NCBI GenBank assembly: GCA_030141605.1
Contig: JAQGDQ010000917.1
Location: forward strand, 16,684 to 80,683
DNA from: Tubiluchus corallicola
Taxonomy: Eukaryota > Animalia > Priapulida
DNA length: 64,000 bases
Direction: 5' to 3'
The translations under genes and the position numbers were made by a program. The notes under the pieces are model-generated. The model worked only from the letters and a program-made list of their open reading frames with translations. It did no database searches and was not told where the DNA came from. Positions 62,616 to 64,000 of this stretch are shown piece after piece (within the stretch, counting starts at the first letter, position 1; every line of letters begins with the position of its first letter).

Positions 62616-64000
62616 ATGTTGAAGTCTGAATATGTAAGAGAGATAAAGACCAGAAAAAGGAAAAGAAATCCCACGCCCACATCTACCCGTGATGCAAAGA
62701 CAATTCTCTATGCACAAAGTATCCTGCCAAGAGAAGAACAGCTTAAAAACTTTTCTGATAAGCAGCCTGAACTAGGTGAGGACAATAATGCAGATATTTG
62801 GTTGTCTTTGAAACAACAAACTGATATGCCTGATCATTGTTTTCCTCCATCATTAGTTACACCGACACAAAGTGTCAAAGATGTGGTAATACCCACTCAC
62901 CTGTCTAAACAACAACAACAGGAATTAACTGAGCTTTTAGATAAATTCTCCATTGTATTCTCCGACATACCTGGGATTATTCAACGATTATTATCAAAAT
63001 TCAATCTTGACAAATCGATTCGAGAATTTGCTATGTTTTTGGAAGTGCAAAATATGAAAGACCTTGGAGTGATTGAGGAGTCAGATAGTCTATATTCCAG
63101 TCCGGCAGTTATTGTCATCAAAGGAGATGGGACGATTCGTTTCTGCATAGATTTTCGTAAAATCAATGCTATTACTATTTTTGACACCTATCCCATTCCC
63201 AGAATTGATGAAACCATCGATCAATTGCATAGTGCGCAATTTTATAACCACCTTGGACATGACAAAATGTTATTGGCAAATCCCATTAGAACTTGAATCT
63301 CGACCAATATCTGCTTTCATAACAGATTTCGGCAAGTTTCAATTCAATGTCATGCCATTTGGCCTGTGTAACAGTGCTGCAACAGCACAGTGTTTGGTCG
63401 ACAGAGTCCTGGAACCAGTAATCACTTGTGCATCTGGTTATATTGATGATGTAGCTATTAGAAGTCAGACATGGAAAGACCATCTTTACCACATTGAACT
63501 TGTATTAACATGCATCATGCATGCAGGCCTAACTATAAAGCCACTTAAATGTGCTTTTGCACAACGAGAAATCGAATTTCTTGGCTACATTGTTGGCTGT
63601 AATGTTCTCAGACCACAACCTGCAAAAATACAAGCACTCAAAGACATGGCAAGACCACAAACTAAAAAACAAGTTCGCAGTTTTTTAGGCTTTGTAGGAT
63701 TTTATCGCAGATTCATTAAAAACTTTTCAAACATTGCTATTCCACTTATTGCTCTAACTGAAAAGTGTAAACCAAATACTATTGTCTGGAATGACGACTG
63801 TGAGCAGTCATTTGTTACTCTTTGTCATGCAATTAATACGGAATCAATACTTCATTCTCCTGATTTTGAGAAAACTTTCTATGTAACTACAGATGCAAGT
63901 GACACAGGCATCGGTGCTACTCTCGCACAATTTGACACACAAGGTAATGAACTACCAATAACTTACATTAGTAGGAAGCTCTCTAGAGCTGAAAAGAATT
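62616..64000 (+). pseudogene. pol: Retrotransposon reverse transcriptase and start of RNase H, frameshift at ~63240, runs off the window
   Basis: RFCIDFRKINAIT..DTYPIPRID, then in a new frame from 63241 TTLDMTKCYWQI, MPFGL, GYIDD (63436-50) and TTDASDTGIGA. Confidence 0.93.

Overview
This is eukaryotic DNA (AT-rich, repeat-rich, most likely an invertebrate animal), not prokaryotic. It holds two convergent spliced genes. On + is a GADD45-family gene with four coding exons (26435-32085, 158 aa). On - are the last eleven coding exons of TMTC3, an O-mannosyltransferase with TPR repeats (56858 to 39526); its 5' part lies beyond the window. A decayed Gmr1-type Gypsy LTR retrotransposon (SAP-SCAN-CCHC Gag, then PR-IN-RT-RH, tRNA-Leu primer site) sits in a TMTC3 intron from about 57581 to the window end. 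The rest is CR1/L2 LINE fragments, two 5S rRNA-headed SINEs, two solo LTRs, many MITE families (pogo, hAT, Kolobok-like, ISL2EU-like, piggyBac-like) and mini/microsatellites. The most unusual structure is a pair of unrelated 68-bp tandem arrays built from real TMTC3 exon ends plus their splice sites: 38 copies of a donor and 6 copies of an acceptor. Their copy-to-copy variants appear biased to synonymous codon positions even though the copies are nominally intronic. All coordinates and tallies were read by eye and no searches were run.
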